This document shows, piece by piece, positions 1 through 13,500 of a stretch of DNA of 64,000 nucleotides. Origin of the DNA: Thalia democratica (lineage: Eukaryota); the NCBI GenBank assembly GCA_965202585.1, contig OZ241830.1, positions 38,874,001 to 38,938,000 on the forward strand, read 5' to 3'. Under the pieces are notes generated by a model. That model was not told the origin of the DNA and searched no databases. It saw only the letters and a program-made list of their open reading frames with translations. How positions within the stretch are numbered: position 1 is the stretch's first letter; the number at the start of each line of letters is the position of its first letter. The position numbers and the translations under genes are program-made.

Positions 1-1577
1 AAACAAGTGCAGCAAATATGTATGTAATGTCGCAACCTTCTTGACTTGTTTACGGCTGCCGACCATAAAAATCTTTCAATTGTAAATTAAGTATATTTAA
101 ACTTGATAACCTTTTAATTTTTCTAAGCTTAAAACTAGGAAAACTTTTTCTAAAATTATAGTTATAAATGCTTATGGTAGCATAGTATTGTTTAATTTTA
201 CATAAGTTCTCGTAACGTTTTGTTTCAATGAAAGCGCAATTCGTAGCAACTAAAAGTACACATTGTATGGTTGGTACATTTTTAACTTTAAGACACAACC
301 TTATCTATATTACACTGCAAAAAAAATAATGTCGAGATTTTGAAGATTTTGTTGCTTAGTTGCTAAAACACATTGAGTTAAAAAATAGAACAATACTATA
401 CCAAAATAGAATAATAGAACGGCTGCCTTATAACTATCACGTTACAGCGTAAATTCGTTATAGCTCTTTAGTTAGCCCATTTTAATATTGTACTGCATCA
501 TAATTTAGAACTAGCAAAAGTTTAAATGGAGTATATTACAGTGTCAAAAAACACTCCAAACTGATTAGCTTTGTCTTACTAACCTAAACAAAAATTATAA
601 AAATTGTCTACTACAAAAGTGTTTATTTAAATTCTAAGCAGAAATTCAGATGGCTACTGCAGATAACATTTTGCTGTTCCAAAGAAAATAGTTCAAACAA
701 AAAGCAAAAGCTTTCCAGTAAAACGACTGTTCTTATAAGTTCGTGTACGAGATTTAAGATAAGGAAATATTTTTCCAAACATTTATTAGATAATGGCTTG
801 TATTTTCATGTGTAAATTCGGCAATCTTAAAGTTTTGTATGTTTAAAATAATTTTCAGTTTATAACCAGTCTAAAATTTTTATTTTTATGTTCATTTAAA
901 AAAATAAGAAATAAACTTTACAGTAACAGCAACAGTAACTATATACAATAAAATAACTTTTGTTTTTTCTCAAGCAGACTGATTACATTTTAATTAGAAG
1001 TTTGTTAAAGTTTTAGTTCATTTTTAACACTAGTAAAACTATTTTATTTTGTTTATTTTTTTTTCAAATCAAACAACCAAAATCTGTTGTATAAGTTAGT
1101 TTTAGTTGGCTTTTATAATAATATTAGCTCATTGGCTACGCCAATAAAAAGTCATAAATAAAACTTTACTCACGTAATTCAGTCTTTTGTCGAAATACTT
1201 CCGACTTGAAGTGCAGCGATCAAGTTCAATTGCTGCCGATTAACCCAAATCGCTTTGTTTATTTAAGTTACTTTATACATACTGATAAAGAATACTCTTT
1301 CATTAATGCTTAAATTTAAATAACCCGAAACTTAGCTTGCAAAAGTTGGTGAATTTCTTGTACTCCATAGAAAACTTTTAAATTGTTTTGATAAATAAGT
1401 AAACTTAAGAAATTATTTTAAATCATTTAATTAAATTATGAAAAATATATATTTACCGTGTACTGTTAAATGTTTTACAAAAAAAATATTTTATAATTTT
1501 ATTTTATTTTTAATTTAAAGTTTATTTTAGAAAGAGTTAAGGTAAAACTTATAATCTGTTTAACATATATTATCAAG

Positions 1578-1830
1578 AATACACAATTCATTTAATAAAG
1601 TACATTGTCAAAGCTAAATATGAAGCATAGCTTAACTTGCTTAATCCTTACAACCGATAAGAGTACAAAGCACTCATTATCAAAAATTAATGTTAAACAA
1701 AAATTCTCACATTAGTAACCAAAACCCTACATGAAAATTATCTGTAGGATTTAATGTATTTCCGTTGATTGTTATTTTTCCTTTATATATGATACTAAAC
1801 AGCTAGACTTCATTGTTAAGAAAAGTCATT
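1578..1830 (+). repeat. Duplicated block X (also at 52950-53230)
   Basis: TACACAATTCAT, TTGCTTAATCC, ACAAAGC, TCACATTAGTA..AAAACCCTACATGAAA..ATTATCT and TGTATTTCCG occur in the same order and spacing. Confidence 0.85.
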
Positions 1831-3801
1831 TATTTAAAAGTTTTTGTTGAATATTAGTATAATAAGTTAAGCAAAGTTATCTAGACTAATTTAGTTAAAA
1901 ACATGATAAAAACTTATGTAAAAACTTCTTACATCCTACAAAATTCAAGTGTATAAGTGAAATTTTTATTTGTCGAAATAAATAAATAGAATGTAAATTT
2001 AATAAACTACGGTTTGTCATAAAAAGTTCGGCTTAGCGATTTTATTGCTTAAGTTTTTTGAGAAACTAGGTTTGGGAGTAAGTAAGTATTAAACTTTTGA
2101 TTTAAAAGATATTTATAAAATAGGATATATGCGTACACTTCATACTATTTCATAAATCAATCTAAACTTTCTTAACCAAATTTATATTTTTCAATTTTTT
2201 TTATTTAATGCACTAAATGTAAAGGCTTTTAATACATCTTATTAAGCTTGAATCATCATAACTTATGCATTAAGATACTTCTTAAACGTCAGTTTAATTC
2301 TTAACTACTTATCTAAATTTAATTAAAACAGTCATTAAAAAGTTTATGTTTATATCTTATACAATTTACAAAAGTTAAAACGGATGCCATTTATATTAAG
2401 ATTAAGCTTAAAAGTACTGTTTAAACTCAATGAACATTTCTGAATTTTCTATTTTCTATAGTAAAATTTCTTTCAATTAGTTGATACAGGATACAAATTA
2501 ATTCAAAATTACCTTAAATCTTTCCTTCCAGCACAGTATATTTTTCTCTATTGGATTTCTTTTTCTTACTCGTAATTAATTATTTTGGAAGTTATACTTC
2601 TAAAATTGTAAAAGAAATTTTATTCAAATAGAATCTTAATTAATTGATGTGATGTTACCTTCTAACTTGTATAAAACTACTTACAGAAAATATTGTCTTA
2701 GTCTAAAAACGTTCAATGGAATTCTTTTGAGCAATTCAAAGAATTTTTTGTTGTGTTTATAGCCAAACATTAAGTATTAAGCAAACATAGCAATGTAATA
2801 TTCATTTCTTGCAAGCAATATTTTTGAAAGATTTTAAATATTAAACACTTTAAAAACTCAAATTCTGGCATAGCATTAAAAGTTTAATTAGGCTAATTTT
2901 AAACTCATTTGTAAATAAATAATTTTTATTTTAGTTAGTAATAAACTAGAGTTTTAAAGATGTTTATTCCTACTTACATAGAATTTGACAGTTTAAATTG
3001 TTTGCTGTAAAATTAAATTGTTGTTTTAAAATTTTAGAGAGAACTACATTTAAAACTCAATCAAACTGTTAAAAAATATTTACCAGAAATATCAAAAAAA
3101 AATCTAAGGTTTTTCTTAGAGAAGCTATTACGGTGAAAATTTATTTTTAATAAAAGGCTAATACTCAACAAAAACTAGTAAAAACTTCAAAACTTTTCTT
3201 TCGAAAATACAACAGAAGTTAAAAATACTGCTGTCAAAAAGTTAGCTATACTGGTTTTAGGAATTCAATTGAAGGGCAAGTTTTTGAATTTCACAAAACA
3301 TTTACTTTATTAGGGACCAAACGTGCGACCAGCCGCTTTTCTCACCGACTTCAACTTGACAAAATTAATAATGTCTGGAAAATAAAAATATAAAGTTCGC
3401 CGACAGACGTGTTAAGAGAAGCGTACGTGCCAAATAAAGTAGCAACATTTTTTTTTCAAGTTTAAAACAATTATATTGTCCAGTTAAAAGGCTTCATATT
3501 TTTTTTTCGGTAGACATTTTTGGGCAGATTGTTATGAAAAATACTTAAAATTCTAAATGACAATACTTATGATATTGTTATTAAGTTCGTTTGCATTTTT
3601 ATTATCTCATTAGACTTATACAATCAATATACTTTATTTTTACTTTTTGTTGAGAAAATTTAGATATTAGTTTTTAATTTACTTTATTTAATAATGTATA
3701 TGCTACTAATTTTATGTATATTGAGGTGTTATGTTATATGTTTTGTGTTTTCGCAAAAAAAGACTTTAAAAATAATACTTTTATACTTGTATTTATTAAA
3801 G

Positions 3802-3908
3802 CACTGATTGAAGTTAAGAGTATAGACGACAATGGAATTGTCACTTTGAGAGGATTGCACGCCAAACTGTATGTATGTGTTGGAGAAAAAGGAAAAGTTA
3901 AAGCTCAA
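3802..3908 (+). CDS. FGF: FGF paralogue A, exon 2 (107 nt; (x)LIEVKSIDDNGIVTLRGLHAKLYVCVGEKGKVKAQ)
   Basis: Bounded by attaaAG| and |GTgaga. Same length and phase as exon 2 of copy C (42645-42751), with 7 differences of which 6 are synonymous. Contains the FGF core motif LRG..LYxC..xG. Confidence 0.93.
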
Positions 3909-6900
3909 GTGAGAACAAAACTTTTTTTTTACAAACAACTGTTGAAAAGTTTTAAAAATACATAACTCTTTTTTTTTTGTCTTCTGTACTTATTTAAACG
4001 TGTATTACTAATAAGTACGTTTTTGAATATCTGATATTTCATTTAAATATAGGATTATTCTTATTGTTTTAATTTTTTTTTACAATTTTTGTAATTTTAC
4101 TGCTAATCTTAGCCTAATTGTAATTAGAAAAATTTAGTTTAGTAGATAACTCTTCAAAAAGCTCATAGAACCTTAACTATTTATCATAAAAATTAAGTAA
4201 AAAACTATACACTTTCAACTATTTTTAAAAGCTGTACTTGAGTAAGTAAACCTGCCTAAATTTTTTTTTGTGAAAAATTTAAAGTTTGTTTGTATAATAC
4301 TCAAAAAAATACTTTTACCAAGAGTAATTAGCTAATTTTACTGTCAGTTTTGACAAATCACTAAAAAAAAGATTCAGACATCAAAACAACAATTAGACAA
4401 ACAAGCAAACATATACGGCAAGGAACATAGTTATTGTTACGGTGTTTGCCTTTTATCTTTCAGGGACTCTGATTAACGTTTTTACAAAAATGGTGAGCTT
4501 TTTATCGAGGTCAAGCAGAGTTTAATAGACAAAATATTCTTGGCCGCCGCATATTCTCGTTTGCCTATGTCCCTTAATTGGTAATGAGTTACGCTTTTCC
4601 TTTTCGTATCAGAAATATTATCTGTAGCAACCTTAAAAACCATCAAAATGAATATAAAATTTGTTTTGTTTTTATGCGATTTGTTTAAACGACCGTCGGT
4701 AAGCTTTGTTGAGGTTTGATTCTTCAATGGTTCTTGCTGGTTCAAAAATTGAATCAAAACAGATCATAAAACGAGTAACAATTAAAAACATGACGTGTAC
4801 ACCATGCGGCTAGTGTGACGTCACAGACAATGTTTTTGCTTGACTTGCAATTAACTTTTTGGCGACAATTTTTTCACAATCAATCACACCCTTCAATGGA
4901 ATATGACTGCGCACTTATTATTGTTGTTATTACCAAAATATGTAGAAGTATTCGCCTCGCTATTTTCTTCTTTTTTGTTTGTGCTGTTTTGTTGCTTTTT
5001 TGAATGTTCAACCTCGGTGTAAATTTGTGTCATAGCTTTATATCTTGATTGACTTTTTAAGTTCCTTAATACGCTTTATTGATTTTCTATTATAAGCAGT
5101 TAAAAATTCAAGAAAAACAATATATCTATTTTATAAGTATTAAATACTTTTGTACTTTAAAAGCTGAGTGGTAAAAAATATTTACAAAAAAAAATTGATA
5201 AAAATCAAGTTACGGTGATTTTAAATAAAATTTGGCGGAACGTTTTATTTTGTATTAAAAGATAGAACTAGAATCGAGCTCAGTAAAATGAGCATGTTTT
5301 TGACATAGCCCATCGCACTGATATGTTTAGCATAGAAATTTCGTTTGTTAAATGGTTTTGTTTAAGCTTTGCCGGTTAGTTAAAAAAAAATCGGTATGTT
5401 AAATTTTGTTAGTATCGTTTCCATCTATTTTAAGCAGTTTCATTTGAGCTAAACTTTAAGTATTTTAGTGTTTGAAGTTTAGTATGATATATTTTAATAA
5501 TGTGAATTTTACTCTGCTCATTTTATTTGATATCATTTAACTTTAGTTTTTAGCTATCTTTCACCACTAATTTTTATTTGTAGTGATTTGAATATCACTT
5601 TGTGATGTTATAAACAAAACACTTTAAATATACAAGAGATTTATTTATGAAAGTTCACTAGTTTATACATTATATTAAAAAGTTGTTAGGTCTATGAGAA
5701 AAAAAAAAGTTAATCAAAACAAAGGAAAACTTATAACCACAATATCACTCTTTCACATTGCTTTCAACAGGCCTACTAAGAAATCATTTTCTTGGCACAG
5801 ACTTAACGTTGTACAAACTACGTTCAAAAATTCACAGGTGCCCTAATAAATATACGACGACTATATGGCTAAACTAAACTTTGATTTTTTAATATTAACA
5901 CGTGTTTAGTAGCGTTTAGTTGTCAATGCTCTCAAAACAACAGTTGGTGTAAGTATGTCTGTAACCCTGTATAATATTTACCATACTCATAAACTATTAT
6001 AACTTACTTGTTTGTTTGTTTAATTATTGAATCTATAACTTAGATAACTATTAGCGCAAAATAAACTTAGTCTATCAAGCTGTTACTACAAATAAGAACT
6101 TATTTATAATTAAATTAGAATTCCCTACGTCATCTTTAAAAAAAATACTCATTATAAAAACTTACTCTAAAATAAATATTGTAAGCTAATTGGTTTTTAT
6201 TGAACTAAATCAGTTGCTCGATACGATACTCAGTTTGTTTAACTACAAAAAATACTTGTTTAGTTATAAAATGATGTCATTGACAGAAGACGAATGAAGA
6301 TCTTCTTAGAAACAAGTCGGCTTTCCATAAAAGGTGTTTGGTGCGTCACGACACTGGTGTTTCAGATCCTGCTTGAGTAATTAATGACGAATAAACACAA
6401 CGGGTTTATGTAAACCGCTAAAACCATTCATGCAGAACTGAAGTTTCCGACATTGCGAATTAAAATTGCCTCTATTTTTTCGTCAAGCCCGCCAGTTAAT
6501 TGTGTTTAATTCAATTACTAGCAGTTTCTATGGCAATATGCGTTCTTGGGGTTTTTTAATTTTGTGAAAGGTTCTGTTGTTAAGTTGATACTGGTGGTCA
6601 CAAAAATACTTCTATGGTCTTGTTTGTTCTTTAACATCGAAACTTGTGAATAAGTCAGCAGCTTGGCCTGTAACAAGCTGTTACATAAAATTCATGTGTT
6701 GAATTTTAAATCAATTTTACCGCTTAAAATTTAATCTAAAAATTATTGCTAAAAGCTATAGGTCAATACAGACCTCAAAATACCAGTAACGTTGTTTTGA
6801 GTTATCTGAAACTGATATGTTTTACTTCTTACAAACGTTTACCCACAGTTTGTAAACTTAAACTGTTTTTTAAAGAAAACTTGTTTACGCTTTACGTGTT

Positions 6901-7016
6901 TGAACTTGTTTGTTTAAGTTGTAAATGTTCTAAAGAATTTTCAAAACATTAACTCTGTGCAAGACTCATTAAATACCATCAAAGATTTTTTTTTATAAAC
7001 ATAAACATTTTAACAG

Positions 7017-7216
7017 GAGAACTATATCAAGGCAAAGTGCACTTTTCAATCAACAGTGAGAGATAACAAACAAACTACCTACAAAGCACTTGCAAAATGC
7101 GGAAAGCGTAGATGCAGGGGATACTTGAATCTCAACAAACAGGGTCAAGTCAGGAATGTTTCCAAACACAGAAGTTATCTTGATCAACAGACACACTTCC
7201 TTGATAGAATACCGAG
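7017..7216 (+). CDS. FGF: FGF paralogue A, exon 3 (200 nt; ENYIKAKCTFQSTVRDNKQTTYKALAKCGKRRCRGYLNLNKQGQVRNVSKHRSYLDQQTHFLDRIP)
   Basis: Acceptor taacAG| in phase 0 joins exon 2 in frame. C-x-F and T-H-F-L FGF core motifs present. Colinear with 46233-46432 without indels. Similarity to copy C stops just after AG|GTTTGAA. Confidence 0.92.
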
Positions 7217-7398
7217 GTTTGAATTATCTCTGAAACATTATCATTTGTTGTTAAGACATAACCATAAAGTGAACGTTATTAAATTAAAAATCAGCTATTC
7301 GAATGTTTACATTAAAAAAATATAGTTTATCAAAAACTTATACTAAAACTAAAAACATTGCTAGCAGACAATAATTTCTTTAAAATGTTTAACTAAAG

Positions 7399-7540
7399 AA
7401 AACGCAGAAGAAGACGGCGGAGAAAGAGACGACACATTCGCTCGCAAAGGCATAACTTCTCACTGGTTGGAGTCTCAACGCAGGACGTTAAATCTGCAAT
7501 CAGAGAACACAGAGCTCTCCTCTTCTCCCTGCAATCCTGA
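7399..7540 (+). CDS. FGF: FGF paralogue A, inferred terminal exon 4 (RKRRRRRRRKRRHIRSQRHNFSLVGVSTQDVKSAIREHRALLFSLQS*)
   Basis: A phase-2 join from CCGAG|gtttga to actaaAG|A is in frame. The same frame and the same TGA occur in copy C. The length difference from C is 24 nt and the only substitution in the shared part is synonymous. Not in the ORF track. Confidence 0.82.
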
Positions 7541-10500
7541 TATTTTTTATTTTTTTTTTAAACTTTAAGCTGGCTTTAGCTCGACACACATTTTAAGTTC
7601 ACGGTGCAAGAAACAAAGTGGTGACGTAAATAGCTCAGTGAAGTAATTTTCTATAAATTATAAAATTTTAAAGTCTTTTGTTTCAAAATACTTTAAATGT
7701 TTTTTCAATTAATTTTAGAAAGTTTTTCTTATAATTACGATTTATAAAACAATAAATTACAAAATTTAGTTAAGATTGCTTCATTGCAAGTTTTTTCTTG
7801 CTTTTGCTAAAAGATTATAACATTATTTTAAGTACATTTTCGGTGCTGGTCACACCTTGACGTAAAGTAAAATATTTATCTTATTTAATAAATGAACTAG
7901 ATATTTTTCTGCGTTTTTATTATTATTATTTGAAAATTGACATAGAACACAACTTTGTGCTCTTAAATTAATTTAAAGATCTAAATAAATTAAAAAAAGA
8001 TAGTTGATATTTGTAAATTTTTTTAATTTTTTTTATTGCATGTTATTTCTATTTATTTACAATAACTACTTAACATAATTGAAAAAATTCTGTTTGACAT
8101 TTCGTTGTATTTACGAGTTATATTCTTTATTGAGGCAGGTGAATAAAAATAGAGTGAAAAAAAAAAAAATATCATATACTTGTAAATGAAAATTAAAGAT
8201 AGCAATTAAGAGAAAACATTTTAAATTGTTTTTGGAAACTATTTAATTAAAACGATTTTAATTATATAGTTGTGATTAAAACTTAAATTTGTTAAGTATT
8301 GTTTTAAGATTGACAAAACAACTTTTTGAATTTAAAAAAAATATATCACACTGATAAACAACGTTTCGATTCATTTTTGAAAAAGTCAAAAGTTCTTGTG
8401 CTTTTTAATTAATATTTAAAACTATTATTGTATGTTTCCTTAGTGTCAATCATATAAAAAGTATTTAACTCTGATCTAGAATTTTTTTGGTTTTCTCGTA
8501 TTTTATTTCAACTCATTTTTTTGAATAAATGAATTTACAGTAGTTTTTTTTTTATTACATTTTACTTTTTTTTACACCGTATGTTTAAGTTTAAAAAAAA
8601 TTTTTCTTGTATTAAAAAGCTTAAAATTTAAAGAAAAAACATACTTTTGTAGTGTAAAATCATAATAATCATAAAAACTTAACTTAATGCTTTCACATAT
8701 AAAGTTAAAGGTTAATTCAGTACAAAAATGTTAAGTTTTTAAAAACTCAACAAAAGATATACAACTTTAGAACGACATAAAGATTTACAGAATATAACAT
8801 AGTACCTTTATACTAACAAAAACCTATTAACTAAGTGCAGTTTTGTCCAGATACTTAATAGTTTTACGCATTCAGTATCTTTTATAATAAATTGTTAATA
8901 ATAGGTGACTATATATTTATCAATAAAAATTTCTATCTGTAAACATAAATCTAAAATGTTTCAAAGAATTATTTTTTTACTGTTTTTGTTATATTCTATA
9001 TCTTTAATATAAATCAACGCCTTTGAACTATAGCTTAGATTTTAATCATTTATTTAGTCATTTGTATATAACATTATATAAAATATCGTTATAAACTATA
9101 CTTTTGAAATCTTTAATTTAAAAATTAATTTTTGCTAGTTTTCTGATGTTTTACTTATGCTTAATAATTTTTCTATAAACTAATACTTAATGTTTTAAGC
9201 TTTTTTTTTATTATAACAAGTTTTACTTTTATTTTGATATAAAATAATTAAATATTTTTGCTTAATTAAAACTTAGTTTAAGCAGTTTGTTTGCATAAGG
9301 TTTTTAAAATATATGATTTTATAAAAACCAGTTAAATTGTATCAACTCAGTTTTTTATAGGTTTTTTTTTGAATAAAAAAAATACTTCTTATAACCTAAA
9401 AAAAAGTGATTTTAAAACTAGTTTGTAGTATCTTTATCATAAGTTCTAAGTAAACAACTGTAAACACGCAAAAATGTTTATTTTGTGTATTTATGAATAA
9501 ATGTTATAAATAAATGTTTTTAACTTTCTTACTTAAGTATAAACACATAGTTAGACGATTAGTGTTCCAATAAAAAGTCTTACAGTGCTTTTATGATAAG
9601 TTATTTTAGTCTTAAGTTTACATTTCAACTAGAAAATTTTAAGTACTGACTTCAACACATAGCAACTTAAAAATCCCTAAGATAATCCGTTTCTAAGGCG
9701 AAAGTATGATAGATAGAGAGATCTTTGCACAAATCATTTAAAAAGCTAAAAATTTCACTTCTTCACGCCGTGTTGGTTGTGGAAATGGTAATTATGGCAA
9801 CTGCGCAATAAAATCCGACACTTTACTTATCAGGTGACATTTTCAAGATCAAACCAGGGATTACGTTGATGGAGAAGCATCATTTGCATTGACGTTTGTC
9901 AAACGTGTAATTCAGGTAGTAATTCTCAGTAAGTTGCTTGATAAAAGTACAGGCTTAAGTTTTTCAAGCTTCTTTAAGCACAACTTACTTAAAAGCTTAT
10001 ATTTATTAAACCATTTTTATATAGTTCCTAACGGTATTTGTAAAACTTGAATGAGTTTACCAATTTATTTAGTTTTTGATTTTATTTAAGTTTTAAAACT
10101 TTTGAACTTGTTTTTTTTTTTTGCATCTCTTCAAAAATTTATTTAAGTACATTACCTGAAAAACTATTGAATATTTTAAAAAAAGTACTAGTAAAAGTTT
10201 ACTGTTGTTACTATGTTTTAAATCAAATATACATACTTTCCCGGTTAGTATGAAGTCAACGAGTCTCAGTTTACAAATTAACTACTACTTTATATCAAAG
10301 CTAACTTAATAGACACAAAATGATTGAAAATAGACAAAACAGAAGTTCAAAAATTGCATAGTTAAACTGATGAGACATGTGAATTCTAGCTAAAAACATC
10401 ATAGTTTATGCTAAAAAGCAAATTTAATCTCAAGAACTTTTAGTTGTAAATGAAGCATCAAATTTAGCGTCTTTATTCGAAAATTTATTTAATAGAAACT

Positions 10501-13500
10501 AGCTCTACTTGTGAGATAAATCAGCTGTTGACAGGTACAAATAAGTGTATAGAAAAATCATGTGAATTGTGCCACAACAATGAATAGCTGAGGAACGACA
10601 ATTGGTAACTAACTTTGTTTTTACAAATCCTTTTAAGTAAACAGCTGGTGCATCAAAAATAATAACGAGCTAACAATGACTGCTACATATTTAAAATGAG
10701 GTACTTTTTAAACTTACGAAAAAGTTAAATGTTTACACTTTATTCGAACCAACAAATCATGTTTAGTAATATTTTGAATAGCTTGTAGAGTTAAGAGTTA
10801 CAACATTTATTTAACAAGTATTATTGCAATAACATTTCGTATGACTTAATTTTTAATACAAAGAGTTTAAGCATTTTAAATTGAACTTTATACACATATT
10901 GGACCTAAATTAAATAAAAAAACTATATAAGTAATTAGGCATTTAATTTACAACTTGTGTTTAAACAACCAGACATTTTTGTTTTTTGCATTCCTTTTGT
11001 TTAACAGTGTTTTACAATTAAAAAGTTTATAAGTAAGCAAGCATGACTAACTGTGTATGTTGAAAGTGTTTTGCATATGCGAAAAATTAAATAATTGTTT
11101 TGTATTTTACATATTCAAATAAAGATGTTTATGGTTTCGGTGTCAAAAAATTGTGACCTCTTCAAGTTAAATAAAATACTAAACTAAAATATATAAGTAC
11201 TAAATAAAAGTTAAATAAAATGTAAAAATTTCTAAAAATAATAAATTTTACATAAAAATGTGTAAACTTTTTGTGTGATATTAAAATGCATTAACTCAAC
11301 TGTTGTTTAAAAATATATGCACTAAACAAAACAAAAAAAGAAATCAATTTTATATGGAATTTATTTTAATGTCTACTTAACTTGTTGTAAAACCTGGTAT
11401 AAAATAACATTACAGTATGTTAAAAAACCTTATACGTTTTAATTAAACTGCAACCTTTTAAAAATGGTATGACAAGTAAACTAATTAAATAAAATCATAG
11501 TCGTTTGCTGTAAAACCCGCACCCACATTGACAATAAAATTTGCAAATTACCCGGGAAAAGAGCAACCGATCACGTAAATATTAAAGTTGACAAATCCTT
11601 GTTTATTAATACCGCCCAAATTTTCATTTAATTTCCTTGCCATTAACAAATCGTTCGTTCAATACTCGATAAAAGCAAAGAAGCATTTAATTAGACTGTT
11701 GCCATTAATAACATTGACATTTGGTTGCACTAGTTTTCACATGAACATTGCATTTCAAAACTTTATAAAAACTTTAAGTTTAAGTATGTTGCAACACTTT
11801 CGTACTAGCCAAAATTAATATATTCTAAAATTTATTGACCGTACCAATGGTTGGGTTTTACTGTAAATATAAAAATTTTAAAAAGCATATATTATACTTG
11901 CTAGCAAGTAATAGCTAATGACTAAGGTATTAAAAAAAACTTAAAAGTATGAACAAATTTAACTGTGAAAACAGAAAAACTTCTGAATAATTCTTCAATG
12001 ATAAGGTTATTATGTTATAGTTTTTAAATAAATTATAATATATATTACATTTTTTGTATTAATCTTATACCATCTTTAAATAATGAATTGATTTTGATTT
12101 AATTTTTTACCATGGAGCAGGTTTAAAAGTCTTTAATAGTGCTATATTTATTGACAATATATTAATAAATAAAATTGTATTCCGTAAATTGTAAACCGTT
12201 CTAGTTTCCAGAAAATTCATGAATAATACTTTTTACACCAAATAATGTTATTTTTTATTACTAAGCAATATTACACTTTTATACTATATAAGTGTTATAA
12301 TAAAAGAAGTTTAAAGTTTATTTTATATTACTAGTTAAAAATATGTGTGAAAATTTTAATTTAACTTATTTCGTTAATAAAAAATGAAAATTTAAGATAA
12401 AAATTATTATTTTTACTTAAAACAATTATCGTTTTTTTTTTGACAAGATAATAAAGTCTAAGCTAATCTAAAACTTATATTATTTTTATACTAAATAACT
12501 ATCAACTTTTGAAAATAAAAAAATTAAAAATATTTAGCTAATTGTCACAGATAACTTGTTTTTAAATTTGTTGTAACTCTGAGATAAATAACAACAAGTG
12601 ATTTTTTCCATTGTATAATATTAAACTATTTTAAAATATAACATTCGCCACGAAAGTAAGCCTTAAATAGGCGTTTTATGCAAATATCAGACTTGCTTTG
12701 CAGTATGCGTGAGTTTTTGTCAACAAGCTTTCTATAGTTAAAGAGAAATTTATATTAATGCGTAGTAATGGTTTGTACTTTACCATATAAATTAAAATAC
12801 AAAAGTTTAAAAGCCCACTTTTTTAAATACAACCTAGTGAGAAGCGTTATAAAAATAGTTTCATATAATTTTATTTTGAACTTTAATTTTTTTAAGAAAT
12901 ATTTTTATCTTTGCTTGTAATTCCTAAAGGTTTTGCAAAGATTTTATAAGCATTATTTTATTTTTGTTTTAATCCTTAAAATACTTATATTTGTACCTTT
13001 TTATTTCATATAAGTTTACCTAATAAAAAAAGTTCTTTTTTTTTTTATTTTAAATAGGAAGTTTAGTAAAATTGATTTGATTTTTTAACAAAATTTTTAG
13101 CGTTTTATATTAATTTATAAAAATCGAGTACTCCTAAAACTTAAAAATTATTAATTTATTAATCTATATTAAAGTTTATGTTATGTAATTAATTTGCAGA
13201 AAAATTCGTAAACTTATTGTAGAACATAAAAAAATAAAGTTGAAAAATCTTAGATTAAAACCAAAAATTAATTTGTGTTTCAAGAATTTTAAAGCATTTT
13301 TGTTAGAACTTAAAGAATAAAAGCCACACTGAAAAAAAAAATCACGCTTTTCTGTCGCACAAATAAACGTAAACTTGTGCAACAATGGTCAGTTATTTGT
13401 CCAAACAACATTTCGACGCTACTTTGCAAACAGTGCGTCGAATATAAACTGTAAATCTAAAGCCTTGAACTTTTGTTAAATATGGCTCTCTCAATTTTAT

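Noticed and set aside
313-543. CACTGCAAAA...TTACAGTG as a CACTA/EnSpm-like MITE; similar CACTGAAAAA starts at 13328 and 60286
   Set aside because: Only 5 bp of terminal match and no convincing TSD. The apparent partner near 61240 lies within transposase codons.
3714-3965. 83-aa ORF as a stand-alone gene, and its antisense partner 3729-3938
   Set aside because: Only 3802-3908 is FGF exon; the flanks are intron read-through.
7217-7325. C-terminal part of the 89-aa ORF 7056-7325
   Set aside because: Not conserved in copy C beyond RFEL and lies in the inferred intron. It is relevant only if the intron is retained.
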